Assembly (NCBI GenBank): GCA_030740155.1 | Contig: JASLXV010000023.1 | Location: forward strand, 1-64,000 | Origin: Dehalococcoidia bacterium | GTDB lineage: Bacteria; Chloroflexota; Dehalococcoidia; Lucifugimonadales; UBA3495 | DNA: 64,000 bases | Reading direction: 5' to 3' | Position numbers and translations under genes: made by a program | The notes under the pieces: generated by a model | Seen by the model: only the letters and a program-made list of their open reading frames with translations | What the model was told of the DNA's origin: nothing | Database searches by the model: none | Shown: piece by piece, positions 50,507 to 59,784 of the stretch | Numbering within the stretch: position 1 is the first letter of the stretch | How the letters are laid out: each line of letters opens with the position of its first letter

Positions 50507-51877
50507 ATGGATAAGCTCCAGGAACGGTTGGCCACTTATGCCTGCGCTCTGAACTACGAGGACCTGCCTCCGGCGGTCATTCACGCCGCCAAGGTGAGGG
50601 TGATCGACACCATGGGCGCCCTGGTTGGGGGCTTCTCCGGAGAACCGTGCCGGATCGTACGGGCCATGGCTGCTCTTTCGTCCAGCCCCATGGCGGCCAC
50701 CGTCCTGGGCACTCGGGAGACGAGTTCTCCTGAGATGGCGGCTTTCGCCAACGCCGCCACGGCCCGGTATATGGAATCCAACGACGTGTATCACTGGCCG
50801 GGGAGTGGCGGAGGGCACCCCAGCGATACCCTCACTCCGGTCCTGGCGGTGGCCGAGCCGACCCACGCCAGCGGGCGGGAGTTCATCAACGCCATCGTGT
50901 TGGCCTACGAGATCTACCTGCGGGTTGGCGATGCCACCCGGACTCCGGGCTGGGACGCCGCCACCAGAGTGGTCTTGGCCGTCGCGATCGCGGCGGGGAA
51001 GATTCTGGGCCTTTCCCAGGAGCAGATGGCTCATTGCATCTCCCTGGCAGTCGTGCCCAACAACGCCCTCGGGCAGACGCGCAGCGGCCGTCTCTCCATG
51101 TGGAAAGCGGTGGCCGCGGGCCAGGCGGGAAAGGCGGGGGTGTTCGCCGCGCTGCTGGCCCGTCAAGGGATGGAAGGGCCGAACCTCCCGTTCGAGGGAG
51201 CGGCTGGGTGGTTCCGCAAGGTGTCCGGGGAGGCCTTTGCCCTGGAGAGCATGGGCGGCCGTGGCGCCCCTTTCAAGATATTGGACACTATTATCAAGGC
51301 CAGGGCTTCCTGCGGGTCTACCATCTCGTCGATTATGGCGGCTGAAAGAGCGCACGCCAGCCTGAAAAGCACCAGGGACGTGGAACGGGTCATCGTGGAG
51401 GTCTACGAGCCGGCCAAGCGAGGCATGGGCACCGATGAGGTGAACTGGCGCCCCGAGACCCGGGAGACGGCGGACCACAGCATACCCTACGTGGTGGCGG
51501 CGGCCTTGCTGGACGGCACCGTGGGGCCCCGCCAGTTCACGATGGAGCGCATCCGGGACCCGGAGCTAATGGCCCTGCTGCAGAAGGTGGAGGTGGTGAG
51601 CAACCCTGAGTTCACCAAAGCCTACGAGAGCGTTCCCGTGGGCCACTCCACTCGGGTGGAGGTGGTGACCACGAGCGGTCAGCGGCACGTGGGCGAGGTG
51701 AACAGCATCAAGGGAGACACCAGAGACCCCATGAGCGATGGGGAGATCGAGGACAAGTTCCGCATCAACACCCTGGGCATCCTGAGCGATGAGCGGGTCC
51801 GCTCCATCCTGGACCGCCTGTGGCAGTTGGAAGAGATGGAGAATGTAGCCGAGATACCGCCGGCTTTGGTTCTGTAG
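50507..51877 (+). CDS. MmgE/PrpD family protein (2-methylcitrate dehydratase-like)
   Basis: RYMESND, HPSD, LSMWK, RETADHSIPY. Confidence 0.93.
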   Translation: MDKLQERLATYACALNYEDLPPAVIHAAKVRVIDTMGALVGGFSGEPCRIVRAMAALSSSPMAATVLGTRETSSPEMAAFANAATARYMESNDVYHWPGSGGGHPSDTLTPVLAVAEPTHASGREFINAIVLAYEIYLRVGDATRTPGWDAATRVVLAVAIAAGKILGLSQEQMAHCISLAVVPNNALGQTRSGRLSMWKAVAAGQAGKAGVFAALLARQGMEGPNLPFEGAAGWFRKVSGEAFALESMGGRGAPFKILDTIIKARASCGSTISSIMAAERAHASLKSTRDVERVIVEVYEPAKRGMGTDEVNWRPETRETADHSIPYVVAAALLDGTVGPRQFTMERIRDPELMALLQKVEVVSNPEFTKAYESVPVGHSTRVEVVTTSGQRHVGEVNSIKGDTRDPMSDGEIEDKFRINTLGILSDERVRSILDRLWQLEEMENVAEIPPALVL

Positions 51878-51971
51878 CCTCTGACGCCGCGGGTCCGAAC
51901 GGGGCCTGGCCGGGCATCGGCAGAGAGGAGCCGGCAGGAAGCCGGAACGCAACGAAATGAGAGGAGGCACC

Positions 51972-52757
51972 ATGGAATACGAGAACATTCTGTACGAGAA
52001 GCGGGACCACGTGGGCATCGTCACCCTGAACCGTCCCCGGAACATGAACGCCCTGGCGCCGGGGATGCACGAGGAGATCAAGGACGTGCTGGGGGTGATG
52101 CAGGAAGACGATGACGTGCTGTGCACCATCCTGACTGGAGCCGGAGACCGGTCGTTCTGCGCCGGGGCCTTCGTGAAGAGTGATAAGACGCACCACGCGG
52201 ATGGCCCGGCGGACTATCTGGTCCGGCGGGGCCGCAGCCCTCTGGAGGCGCTGGACAAATACCCCAAGGTTGTCATCGCGGCGGTCAACGGTTATGCCAT
52301 CGGCGCCGGGCTGAACCTGGTGGTCTTGTCCGACCTGGTGATCGCCTCAGAGAACGCCAGCTTCGGCTTCCCAATGACCAGGCTCGGCATTATTCCCGCC
52401 TACGCCGGCTCGGCGCGCCTGGCCCAGTGGGTGGGCAAAGGCAAGGCCATGGAGATGGCCATAATGTCTCGCCGGATCGACGCCCAGGAGGCGTACCGGG
52501 TGGGCTTGGCCAACAAGGTGGTGCCCGCGGAGGGCCTGATGGCCGAGGCCATGGTCTGGGCGAGGGAGATCACCGAGTTGGCTCCCATCTCGGTGCGGCT
52601 GACCAAGGAGGATATCAAGCAGGGCATGGACACCGGCCCGGACAGCGCCTGCGACGCCAACTTTTTCCGCTTCATGGCCACCGTGCTCAGCGAGGACCGG
52701 GTCGAGGGCCACGCGGCCTGGCGCGAAAGGCGGACGCCGGAGTTCAAGGGCCGCTGA
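51972..52757 (+). CDS. Enoyl-CoA hydratase/isomerase family protein
   Basis: LNRPRNMNAL, FCAGA, AAVNGYAIGAG; RBS GAGGAGG. Confidence 0.94.
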   Translation: MEYENILYEKRDHVGIVTLNRPRNMNALAPGMHEEIKDVLGVMQEDDDVLCTILTGAGDRSFCAGAFVKSDKTHHADGPADYLVRRGRSPLEALDKYPKVVIAAVNGYAIGAGLNLVVLSDLVIASENASFGFPMTRLGIIPAYAGSARLAQWVGKGKAMEMAIMSRRIDAQEAYRVGLANKVVPAEGLMAEAMVWAREITELAPISVRLTKEDIKQGMDTGPDSACDANFFRFMATVLSEDRVEGHAAWRERRTPEFKGR

Positions 52758-52965
52758 CCGGCATACGAGCCTGGCTGATTGCGACCGCTGGGCGGTTGGT
52801 GTTCCAGCCAGCTGAGGTGTTGCCGTCCGGAGAAACGGTGGCCGGTGTGCCGGAACGGACCTGCCGGGTTCGTCCGGCACCTGGCCGGCCCAACCTGGAG
52901 TCCGGTATTGGTAACGGCTGAGGAGCTACCCTGGGGGGAGTGAATTGGTCAGGGGTTCCCTCTAG

Positions 52966-53095
52966 ACTGTCATTCCGAGGAGCAAAGCGACGAGGAATCT
53001 GGTGCCGGGCTCCCCATTTGAAACCTGGACCCACCGCCCCAGACCCCTCGCTTCACTCGGGGTGACATTGTCCAGAGTACTTTTGGGGCAAGGCC
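52966..53095. repeat. GTCATTCCGAG-type MITE/REP-like element, copy 2
   Basis: Aligns with 23345-23473; inverted half copy at 36567-36596. Confidence 0.85.
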
Positions 53096-53258
53096 ATTGG
53101 TCAGGGACAGGCGATTGTTCGAGGTTACGCCGGGATTGGGAGGAGAGGTTGTTACCCCATGATAGTGGGGCAATTCCGCGAACCAGATGGCAGTGGACGC
53201 ACTCGGGATACCGGTATGCGGTTCACGGCGTCCTAGGGCGGGGTCGCGGAAATCGAGG

Positions 53259-53645
53259 TTAGGAGTTCCAGCCCAATACGGTTGCCACTTCGTCAGGCAA
53301 TTCGATGACATCGAAAGGTTTGGGGATGAGCCAGGTGGCCCCCAATTCCCCATAAATCCGCCGGTCTTTTTCGCCGGACAAAGCGGTCATCATGATTACC
53401 GGAATGTGCCGCGTAGCTTCGTCGTGCTGGAGTTCTTGAAGGGCCGTGACACCGTCCATCTCGGGCATTGAAACATCCAGTAGGATTACGTCCGGTTGCT
53501 CTTCTTTGGCGGCCGCGAAGCCGGCAATACCGGTGTCGGCCTGTAAGACTTTCCAGCCTTTTGTAGATTCGATTCCGATCTGAATGCAATCTCTAATGAT
53601 GGCCTCATCGTCGACTACCAAGACAGTCTTATCAGGTATTGACAC
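53259..53645 (-). CDS. Stand-alone response regulator receiver protein
   Basis: VLVVDDE, PDVILLDVSMPEMDG, IPVIMMTA, KPF. Confidence 0.93.
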   Translation of the reverse strand: MSIPDKTVLVVDDEAIIRDCIQIGIESTKGWKVLQADTGIAGFAAAKEEQPDVILLDVSMPEMDGVTALQELQHDEATRHIPVIMMTALSGEKDRRIYGELGATWLIPKPFDVIELPDEVATVLGWNS

Positions 53646-54294
53646 TATTCACCCCTAATCTTGATATGCGTCATTGCCATCCACTATTCGGATTACGACC
53701 TCGAACGCTCAGTGAACGGATTGACGGGGTCTTCCAACTCTCCCTGCTTTTTTGGCGCCTTTCCCGACTTGACATAAACATAAACCTTGATCCCGTGGCA
53801 TTGTCAACGCTTCACAGGCCGAGCTAATGGCATCTTTTGGGTCGCTCCGCCCTAGTGGAAAAGCCGGACTCGATTCGTACCCCAAATCCTGACAGGCACC
53901 AGCTTCCATCTCTCTAGCCACTCCGGGAGACCTCCCCACCAGCGGTCCGGGAAGCAACTCCGCCTCGCCGTTGCCGCATATGTGCGAAACTTGAGAACCC
54001 CCCCTCCGCCTGCCCGAATTTAGCGCGTCGCCATCAATTCAGCTTCAAATGACTCGTAGACCTGATCCAAATTGAAATGCAGCCGGGCGGTTGCCTATTT
54101 CGAGACAGGTGGATACACGGAGAACAGGCTGGGGCTTTCCGGCTTTTCGGCTAGAGGGGGCCGTGGGTGGCCACTCGACGCGGTGGGCTAAGAGCAGGGC
54201 CCCGGCAGGAGCGACTCAGCTTGCGGCTCCCCGCGCCCTGCGGCTAGGCTTAGGGTGAACGGATGGTCATAAGGGCAATTTTCGATATTTGGCG

Positions 54295-55023
54295 TTAGAT
54301 ACCCGCACCGCGAGTAAACTCAGCCAACAGGGCTTCTTCACGCTCTGGGCGGTGGTTCGTTGCCGTTGCCTTTTGCACCACCCCAAGCTTCTCCTCGAGT
54401 TGACCTACTCGGTCCTGAAGTCTTTCGTGGCTGCGCAGTACCAGCGTGATAGCCTCCGCAACCGGATCCGGAAGGTCTGCATGGTCAAGAACGGCCATCG
54501 GGTGTGGTTTCTCTTGGACCACTTTGCCGGGGACGCCGACGACCGTCGCGAACGGAGGAACGGTTTTCACGACAACAGAGCCGGCGCCGACCTTCGCGCC
54601 ATCACCCAAAACCACTGGGCCAAGGACAGCGGATCCACCTCCCATCACAACATTGCTGCCCACGGTTGGGTGACGCTTACCCTTATCCAGCGAAGTCCCC
54701 CCCAGCACGACTCCCTGGTACATCAAGACATCGTCGGCAATCTCCGCGGTTTCTCCGATCACGACTCCGGAGCCATGGTCGATAAAGAACCGCCGGCCGA
54801 TCGTGGCCCCCGGATGTATTTCAATCCCGGTTAGAAACCGGCCGATGTGGGAAAGCAAACGGGCAAGGAAATAGATCTTGTGCCGCCACAGGTAATTCGA
54901 GACTCGGTATATCCACACCGCGTGGAGACCCGGATAGCAGAAGACTATCTCGAGTCTGGTCCGCGCGGCTGGGTCCATCTTGAAGACAGTTGCTATATCT
55001 TCTCTCAGTCTTCCAAACATCAC
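54295..55023 (-). CDS. cysE: Serine O-acetyltransferase
   Basis: [32 protein letters not shown]. Confidence 0.97.
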   Translation of the reverse strand: MMFGRLREDIATVFKMDPAARTRLEIVFCYPGLHAVWIYRVSNYLWRHKIYFLARLLSHIGRFLTGIEIHPGATIGRRFFIDHGSGVVIGETAEIADDVLMYQGVVLGGTSLDKGKRHPTVGSNVVMGGGSAVLGPVVLGDGAKVGAGSVVVKTVPPFATVVGVPGKVVQEKPHPMAVLDHADLPDPVAEAITLVLRSHERLQDRVGQLEEKLGVVQKATATNHRPEREEALLAEFTRGAGI

Positions 55024-55091
55024 AGGCCTGTCCTAATTGTGGTTTTACTGCTCCGGCGAAGCTTCAGACTTTATTGAGAACCAGGTTTGGA

Positions 55092-56012
55092 TTACGCGAA
55101 GAGTCCCGTGGATAGATATCGCTCCCCGGTATCGGGTGCGATCACCACGATAAGCTTGCCGGCGTTCTCCGGTCTCTTGGCAACCTGTATGGCAGACCAG
55201 ACCGCGGCGCCTGAAGATATGCCTGCCAATATCCCTTCTTCTCTGGCAAGCCGCTTGGCCGTCGCCGCGGCATCTTCGTTAGATACCTGGATGATCTCGT
55301 CAATCAGGTCCGTACGGAGGACCTGCGGAACAAACCCGGCTCCTATTCCCTGTATCTTGTGGGGCCCGGGACTTCCACCGGAAAGGACCGGCGAAGCCAC
55401 AGGCTCGACTGCAATAGCTTTGAAACTTGGTTTTCGCGGTTTGATTACTTCGGCAACTCCGGTTATCGTCCCGCCGGTACCCACTCCCGACACTAGGATA
55501 TCCACCTGGCCATCGGTGTCGTTCCAAATCTCCTCGGCAGTGGTGAGCCGGTGAACCTCGGGGTTCGCCGGATTCATGAACTGTTGTGGCATGAAGGCGT
55601 TCGGGTCTTCTTTCACTATCTGCTCAGCCTTGCCGATGGCCCCTTTCATTCCCTCACTTCCCGGAGTCAGAACCAACTCGCAGCCAAAAGCAGCCAGGAG
55701 TTGCCGCCTTTCCTCCGTCATCGTCTCCGGCATGGTTAGAAGCAACCGGTACCCCTTGGAGGCACAGACCAGGGCCAATCCAATCCCAGTATTGCCGCTT
55801 GTCGGTTCAACAATGACGGTGTTTGGCCCGATCAGACCGGCTTTTTCCGCCGCCGCGATCATCGACAGGCCGATTCTATCTTTGACGCTGCTGCAAGGAT
55901 TGAACGATTCAAGCTTGGCCGCCACGGTGGCCGCTGCTCCGTCCAAGATGCGGTTCAATTTTACCAACGGCGTCCCACCGATCAGGCCAGTAATATCATC
56001 AGCTATTCTCAC
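55092..56012 (-). CDS. cysK: Cysteine synthase A
   Basis: [46 protein letters not shown] start. Confidence 0.98.
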   Translation of the reverse strand: MRIADDITGLIGGTPLVKLNRILDGAAATVAAKLESFNPCSSVKDRIGLSMIAAAEKAGLIGPNTVIVEPTSGNTGIGLALVCASKGYRLLLTMPETMTEERRQLLAAFGCELVLTPGSEGMKGAIGKAEQIVKEDPNAFMPQQFMNPANPEVHRLTTAEEIWNDTDGQVDILVSGVGTGGTITGVAEVIKPRKPSFKAIAVEPVASPVLSGGSPGPHKIQGIGAGFVPQVLRTDLIDEIIQVSNEDAAATAKRLAREEGILAGISSGAAVWSAIQVAKRPENAGKLIVVIAPDTGERYLSTGLFA

Positions 56013-56043
56013 GGTTGTGCCTCCTCAAAATGATCATTACGCC

Positions 56044-56072
56044 AAAAACCCCCAGTGATTTCACTGAGGGTT
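56044..56072 (-). terminator. Intrinsic terminator (attenuator) upstream of cysK
   Basis: mRNA AACCCUCAGUG-AAAU-CACUGGGGGUU followed by U tract (UUUUU in total). Confidence 0.8.
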
Positions 56073-56132
56073 CTGGTCTTTTCAGCCTGGTTTTCTTTGG
56101 ACAATCATTTACAGGCGAAAGACCTCACCCTC
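56066..56132 (-). promoter_or_regulatory. Antiterminator hairpin of the cys attenuator
   Basis: GAGGGU-GA-GGUCUUUC-GCCUG (56132-56112) pairs with CAGGC..AAAGACC..ACCCUC (56089-56066), taking the 5' arm of the terminator. Confidence 0.75.
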
Positions 56133-56230
56133 AAAATACAACAAGTGCAACAAGTACAACAGGTACAACAACAACCGGGGTTTCGGTCGACTTGGCTACA
56201 CATCTCGGAATCCTTCGCGGTGATTGCCAT
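56105..56230 (-). CDS. Polycysteine leader peptide (41 aa) of the cysK-cysE operon
   Basis: MAITAKDSEMCSQVDRNPGCCCTCCTCCTCCILRVRSFACK*; 11 Cys, 9 within 12 codons; below the ORF-track length cutoff. Confidence 0.85.
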   Translation of the reverse strand: MAITAKDSEMCSQVDRNPGCCCTCCTCCTCCILRVRSFACK

Positions 56231-56239
56231 GGCGGACAG

Positions 56240-56268
56240 AATATATCACATTCCATGACCATTGTGAA
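56240..56268 (-). promoter_or_regulatory. Putative sigma70 promoter of the cys leader
   Basis: TTCACA-N17-TATATT with TG extension, ending 9 nt before the leader ATG; no SD sequence. Confidence 0.65.
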
Positions 56269-56422
56269 AGTATGGTGGGGGGGCGGACCAATTGTCCGAG
56301 GTGGACTCAGCCAGTCGGAAAAGATTGGGGCAATATCAGGCGACAGTCTCGCCTTTCCGCCACAGTCTACCGCTGCTCTTTGGGCGGGCCACTTCTGCTA
56401 GCGTCTTGATGCGCCGCCCCCC

Positions 56423-57634
56423 TCACACCCACGGCGTGCGCTTGGAGCGCTCTTTTTCCGAAGTGTAGGCGGGAAGTCCCTGGCGTTCCAGGACCTCGGT
56501 CAGCGTTTCCTTGAACAGCCGGCGGTCGGAGGCGCCGATCACGGCCTGCTCGTGGGCCTCGGAGATCGCCACCGGGTACCCCTGGCCCCGGCGGCACTGG
56601 TCCAGGATCAGGCTGTGGCCCAGGGACAATAGCGTCTCGTCCAGCGCGACCCACCGGGGGACCTCCACCCTGGCTATCTCCTCGCCGCCGTGCAGGTAGT
56701 AGAAATAGACCTGCTGGGCCTCCCCGTAGTTCTCCCTGGGGACCGAGGAGTTGGTCCGGTAGATGGGGGAGCGCCACCCTGGGGGCAGCCGCCGCTGGAA
56801 CAGGTCCCGGTCCAGGACGCCTCCGGCCAGGTCGCAAGGGGAGCGGACGGAGCGCCGGTTGCCGCAGGACTGGCGGCACACACCCAGGTCGTGGGGGCAG
56901 AGGCAGCATCTGATGGCGTTGACCACCTCGGTGCTCCGGGGCAGGGAGACGTAGGCGGCCAGGGTGACCGGACGGCGCTCGGCCAGGTGCCGTAGCCGCT
57001 CCAGCGCCGGAATCAGCCGGTCGCGAATAATCGCCTCCCTCACGAAGGGCCGGTATCCCTGGCCGGACAGTCCCCAGAGCACCAGGGAGCCGTCGACCAA
57101 CGCCAGGACCGGCGTATCGGAGGGGCACTCGGCGACGACCTCGGCCAGTTGCTCCAGCTCCCGCACCGTCCGCACCAGGCCTAGAAGGGGGCCGGTTACG
57201 GCCTCTTCCTGGGCGGGATTTCCGGGGTCAACGAGGTAGAGTTCCGACGGGCCGGCCCCGAGTTGGGGATGGCTGAAGAAGCTGGCATCGGGACGTCCGC
57301 CGTAGGTCAGAACGCACCCGCCGAGGTTGATCAAGTGGCAGCTAACCGGAAGGTGCCGGTCAACGTCGATGTGGGAGCCGTCCACCGCCGTCACCGACCA
57401 GTCCGCCGGCGGTGGCGGCGGCGCGTAGCTGCCCACCAGGCGGTCTTCCACTTGGGCGGCCAGAAAAGGCCGGTCGGTGGAGGTGCGGGTGATCTCGGCG
57501 GCCTCGGCGGGGTCGACTCCCTGGGCCGCCTCCAGCAGGGCGGTCAGCCGGGCTTCCCGGTCCTCCCGGGACTGGCCCAAACCCTGGGCCACCCGGTCCA
57601 GTTGATGGAGGGTCTCACCCAGGTCCAGGGGCAT
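56423..57634 (-). CDS. nurA: NurA-family nuclease
   Basis: AVDGSHI, LVDGSL, GYPVAISEAHEQA motifs. Confidence 0.9.
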   Translation of the reverse strand: MPLDLGETLHQLDRVAQGLGQSREDREARLTALLEAAQGVDPAEAAEITRTSTDRPFLAAQVEDRLVGSYAPPPPPADWSVTAVDGSHIDVDRHLPVSCHLINLGGCVLTYGGRPDASFFSHPQLGAGPSELYLVDPGNPAQEEAVTGPLLGLVRTVRELEQLAEVVAECPSDTPVLALVDGSLVLWGLSGQGYRPFVREAIIRDRLIPALERLRHLAERRPVTLAAYVSLPRSTEVVNAIRCCLCPHDLGVCRQSCGNRRSVRSPCDLAGGVLDRDLFQRRLPPGWRSPIYRTNSSVPRENYGEAQQVYFYYLHGGEEIARVEVPRWVALDETLLSLGHSLILDQCRRGQGYPVAISEAHEQAVIGASDRRLFKETLTEVLERQGLPAYTSEKERSKRTPWV

Positions 57635-57640
57635 CGCGGT

Positions 57641-59506
57641 TTACCTCAACACGCGCTCGTCGCCAACGCGACGGGTGATGTGCTGCTGGTCCAGGTATTC
57701 CAATAGGGGCAACACGTACTTGCGGCTGGAGTTGAACATGGTCCTGGCCTCGGCGACGGTGATGCTTTCGTTGGACTGAAGGTGGGAGACGACCCGGTCC
57801 GCCATCTCCCGGTAGGCGGCGGCGGTGAACACCACCGACGGGTTCACCCTCACCACCTGGCCCTGGTCGATCAGCACCCCCAGCAGCTCCGCTTCCAGGG
57901 GTTGGTCGCCGGGAGGCGTGTAAGGCTCCCGGCCCAGGATTTTCAAATATTCGGCCACCTGCTGCTGCATCTTGGGGGTCAAGGTTACCTGGTGGCCGGG
58001 GAGCCGCAGGAACGGGGCCTCTTCCACCACGTAGCTTTCGCCGGCCAGACGGGCCAACGCCCGGGTGAACGCGGGCTGAGACAGGCCGAGGCGGCTGCGG
58101 ATTTCCTGGACGGGCGCCCCCCGCCGCAAGGGGTATTGGCCGTGGTAGGTCTGGAGGGACACAAACATCTTGCTCTTGAGGATGTCCCAACTCTGTGCTG
58201 AGTAAACGACCGCGTCGTTATCGGTCCCCAACTCTCCCAGGACCACCACGTCCCCGTCGTCCACGAGGCTTGCCGTACGCTCCACGACCTCGGACGCCGG
58301 CAGGTTGGAGCGCCGGGATAGGGTCGTCAGATCGCAGGGGCCCCACTGCTCGGCGACGCTGAGCAGTATGTCTTCACCGGTGCCCTGGTCCAGCATCATC
58401 AGCCTTTCTTCCACCTCTGGGCTGAAGCGCCGGTGCCGCCGCCGGGGGTTCGGGTCCACCACCTGCCCCCCGCCCAGGGTATCTTCGGCGGAGCGGATGA
58501 CGAAGAAGTCCCCTTTTACCATCGGCAGGGATTCGTTCAACAGAATCTGCACCCAGCCTTCGGCGCCGGGGGCCAGCCGGTCGGCGTCCAGCAGCCGGAC
58601 CCTGGCGGTAGTCTCACTGGTGAACAGATGGAAGGTCACCCCCTCGTTGTGGCGCAGGGAGTGGGGCGCTCCCCGGACCATCCTCAACTGGGCGTCCAGC
58701 CTTCTGGTGGGCCTCAACCATCCGGGGGTGGTCAAGATTTCCCCTCGCTGGACCTCGGTGCGGGCCAGCCCGGAGATATTTACGGCCAGCCGGACTCCCG
58801 GCTGGGTGTTCTCCACCTTGGTCTTGTGGCTCTGCAATCCGCGAATCCTGCCCCGGCGGCCCGAGGGGGCTAGCTCTACCTCCTGCCCCACGGCCAGGAC
58901 CCCGTCGATGAGGGTTCCGGTGACCACGGTCCCGAAGCCGGAGATGGTGAAGCAGCGGTCCACGGGCAGCCGGGGACGCCCCAGGTCGCGCCGCGCCTCG
59001 GTGTCGTCGAGTATCCCGTCGAGGGCGGAGCGCAGATCGTCGAGCCCGGCCCCGGTGTTGGCCGATACCCCAACCATTGCCGAGTTTTCGAAAGAGGTCC
59101 CTTTCAGGGCGTCCTCGACCTCGGCCATGACCAGCTCCACCATCTCTTCATCGACCAGATCGGTCTTGGTGATCACCACCAGGTTGCGCCGGACCTGGAG
59201 GATGTCCAGGATGGCCAGGTGCTCCCGGGTTTGAGGCATGACGCTTTCGTCGGCGGCCACGATCAGCATAGCCAGGTCGATGGCGCCGACGCCGGCCAGC
59301 ATGTTCTTGATGAACCGTTCGTGGCCCGGCACATCGACGATGCTGACCTCCCGCCCGCTGGGCAAGGTCATCCAGGCGAATCCGAGGTCGACGGTCATCT
59401 CCCGCGCCTTTTCTTCGGGCAGGCGGTCCGGGTCGATGTCAGTCAGGGCCTTGACCAGCGTGGACTTCCCGTGGTCCACGTGGCCGGCGGTGCCTATCAC
59501 GTACAT
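57641..59506 (-). CDS. selB: Selenocysteine-specific elongation factor SelB
   Basis: [28 protein letters not shown]-terminal [13 protein letters not shown]...RVGDER. Confidence 0.97.
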   Translation of the reverse strand: MYVIGTAGHVDHGKSTLVKALTDIDPDRLPEEKAREMTVDLGFAWMTLPSGREVSIVDVPGHERFIKNMLAGVGAIDLAMLIVAADESVMPQTREHLAILDILQVRRNLVVITKTDLVDEEMVELVMAEVEDALKGTSFENSAMVGVSANTGAGLDDLRSALDGILDDTEARRDLGRPRLPVDRCFTISGFGTVVTGTLIDGVLAVGQEVELAPSGRRGRIRGLQSHKTKVENTQPGVRLAVNISGLARTEVQRGEILTTPGWLRPTRRLDAQLRMVRGAPHSLRHNEGVTFHLFTSETTARVRLLDADRLAPGAEGWVQILLNESLPMVKGDFFVIRSAEDTLGGGQVVDPNPRRRHRRFSPEVEERLMMLDQGTGEDILLSVAEQWGPCDLTTLSRRSNLPASEVVERTASLVDDGDVVVLGELGTDNDAVVYSAQSWDILKSKMFVSLQTYHGQYPLRRGAPVQEIRSRLGLSQPAFTRALARLAGESYVVEEAPFLRLPGHQVTLTPKMQQQVAEYLKILGREPYTPPGDQPLEAELLGVLIDQGQVVRVNPSVVFTAAAYREMADRVVSHLQSNESITVAEARTMFNSSRKYVLPLLEYLDQQHITRRVGDERVLR

Positions 59507-59736
59507 TAGGGCATGATCGCTATGCGGGTGTCTTCGGGTCCAAGTACGTCGATGGCATGATGAAGGCACGCACGAATGTCCTCGGCTTTGAGGCCAGGGT
59601 AGTAATCCTGGGTTATCTTCCCGAAGGAAAGACCTTCCCTCACCAGTTCAAGCACACTCAATACCGGAATCCTGGTACCTGTAACACATGGCTTCCCATA
59701 ACGGATATCCTGGCTTACCGTGATTCCTTCGCTCAT
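59506..59736 (-). CDS. DUF433 domain protein (antitoxin-like)
   Basis: [26 protein letters not shown]. Confidence 0.9.
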   Translation of the reverse strand: MSEGITVSQDIRYGKPCVTGTRIPVLSVLELVREGLSFGKITQDYYPGLKAEDIRACLHHAIDVLGPEDTRIAIMP

Positions 59737-59784
59737 GTCTCCCCTTAGTGAGGGTCTGCGTCAAGAATAGCACCAATTCGACCC

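Noticed and set aside
53646..54294. Possible ncRNA or gene remnant in a long spacer
   Set aside because: No motif, coherent ORF or structure that I can support
56055..56258. Plus-strand QQVQQVQQ repeat ORF
   Set aside because: It is the antisense reading of the polycysteine leader
56013..56270. T-box or SAM riboswitch upstream of cysK, or a metallothionein reading of the Cys-rich peptide
   Set aside because: No UGGNACC T-box or S-box core motif is visible; position and the overlapping antiterminator favour a leader peptide, although metal binding is not excluded
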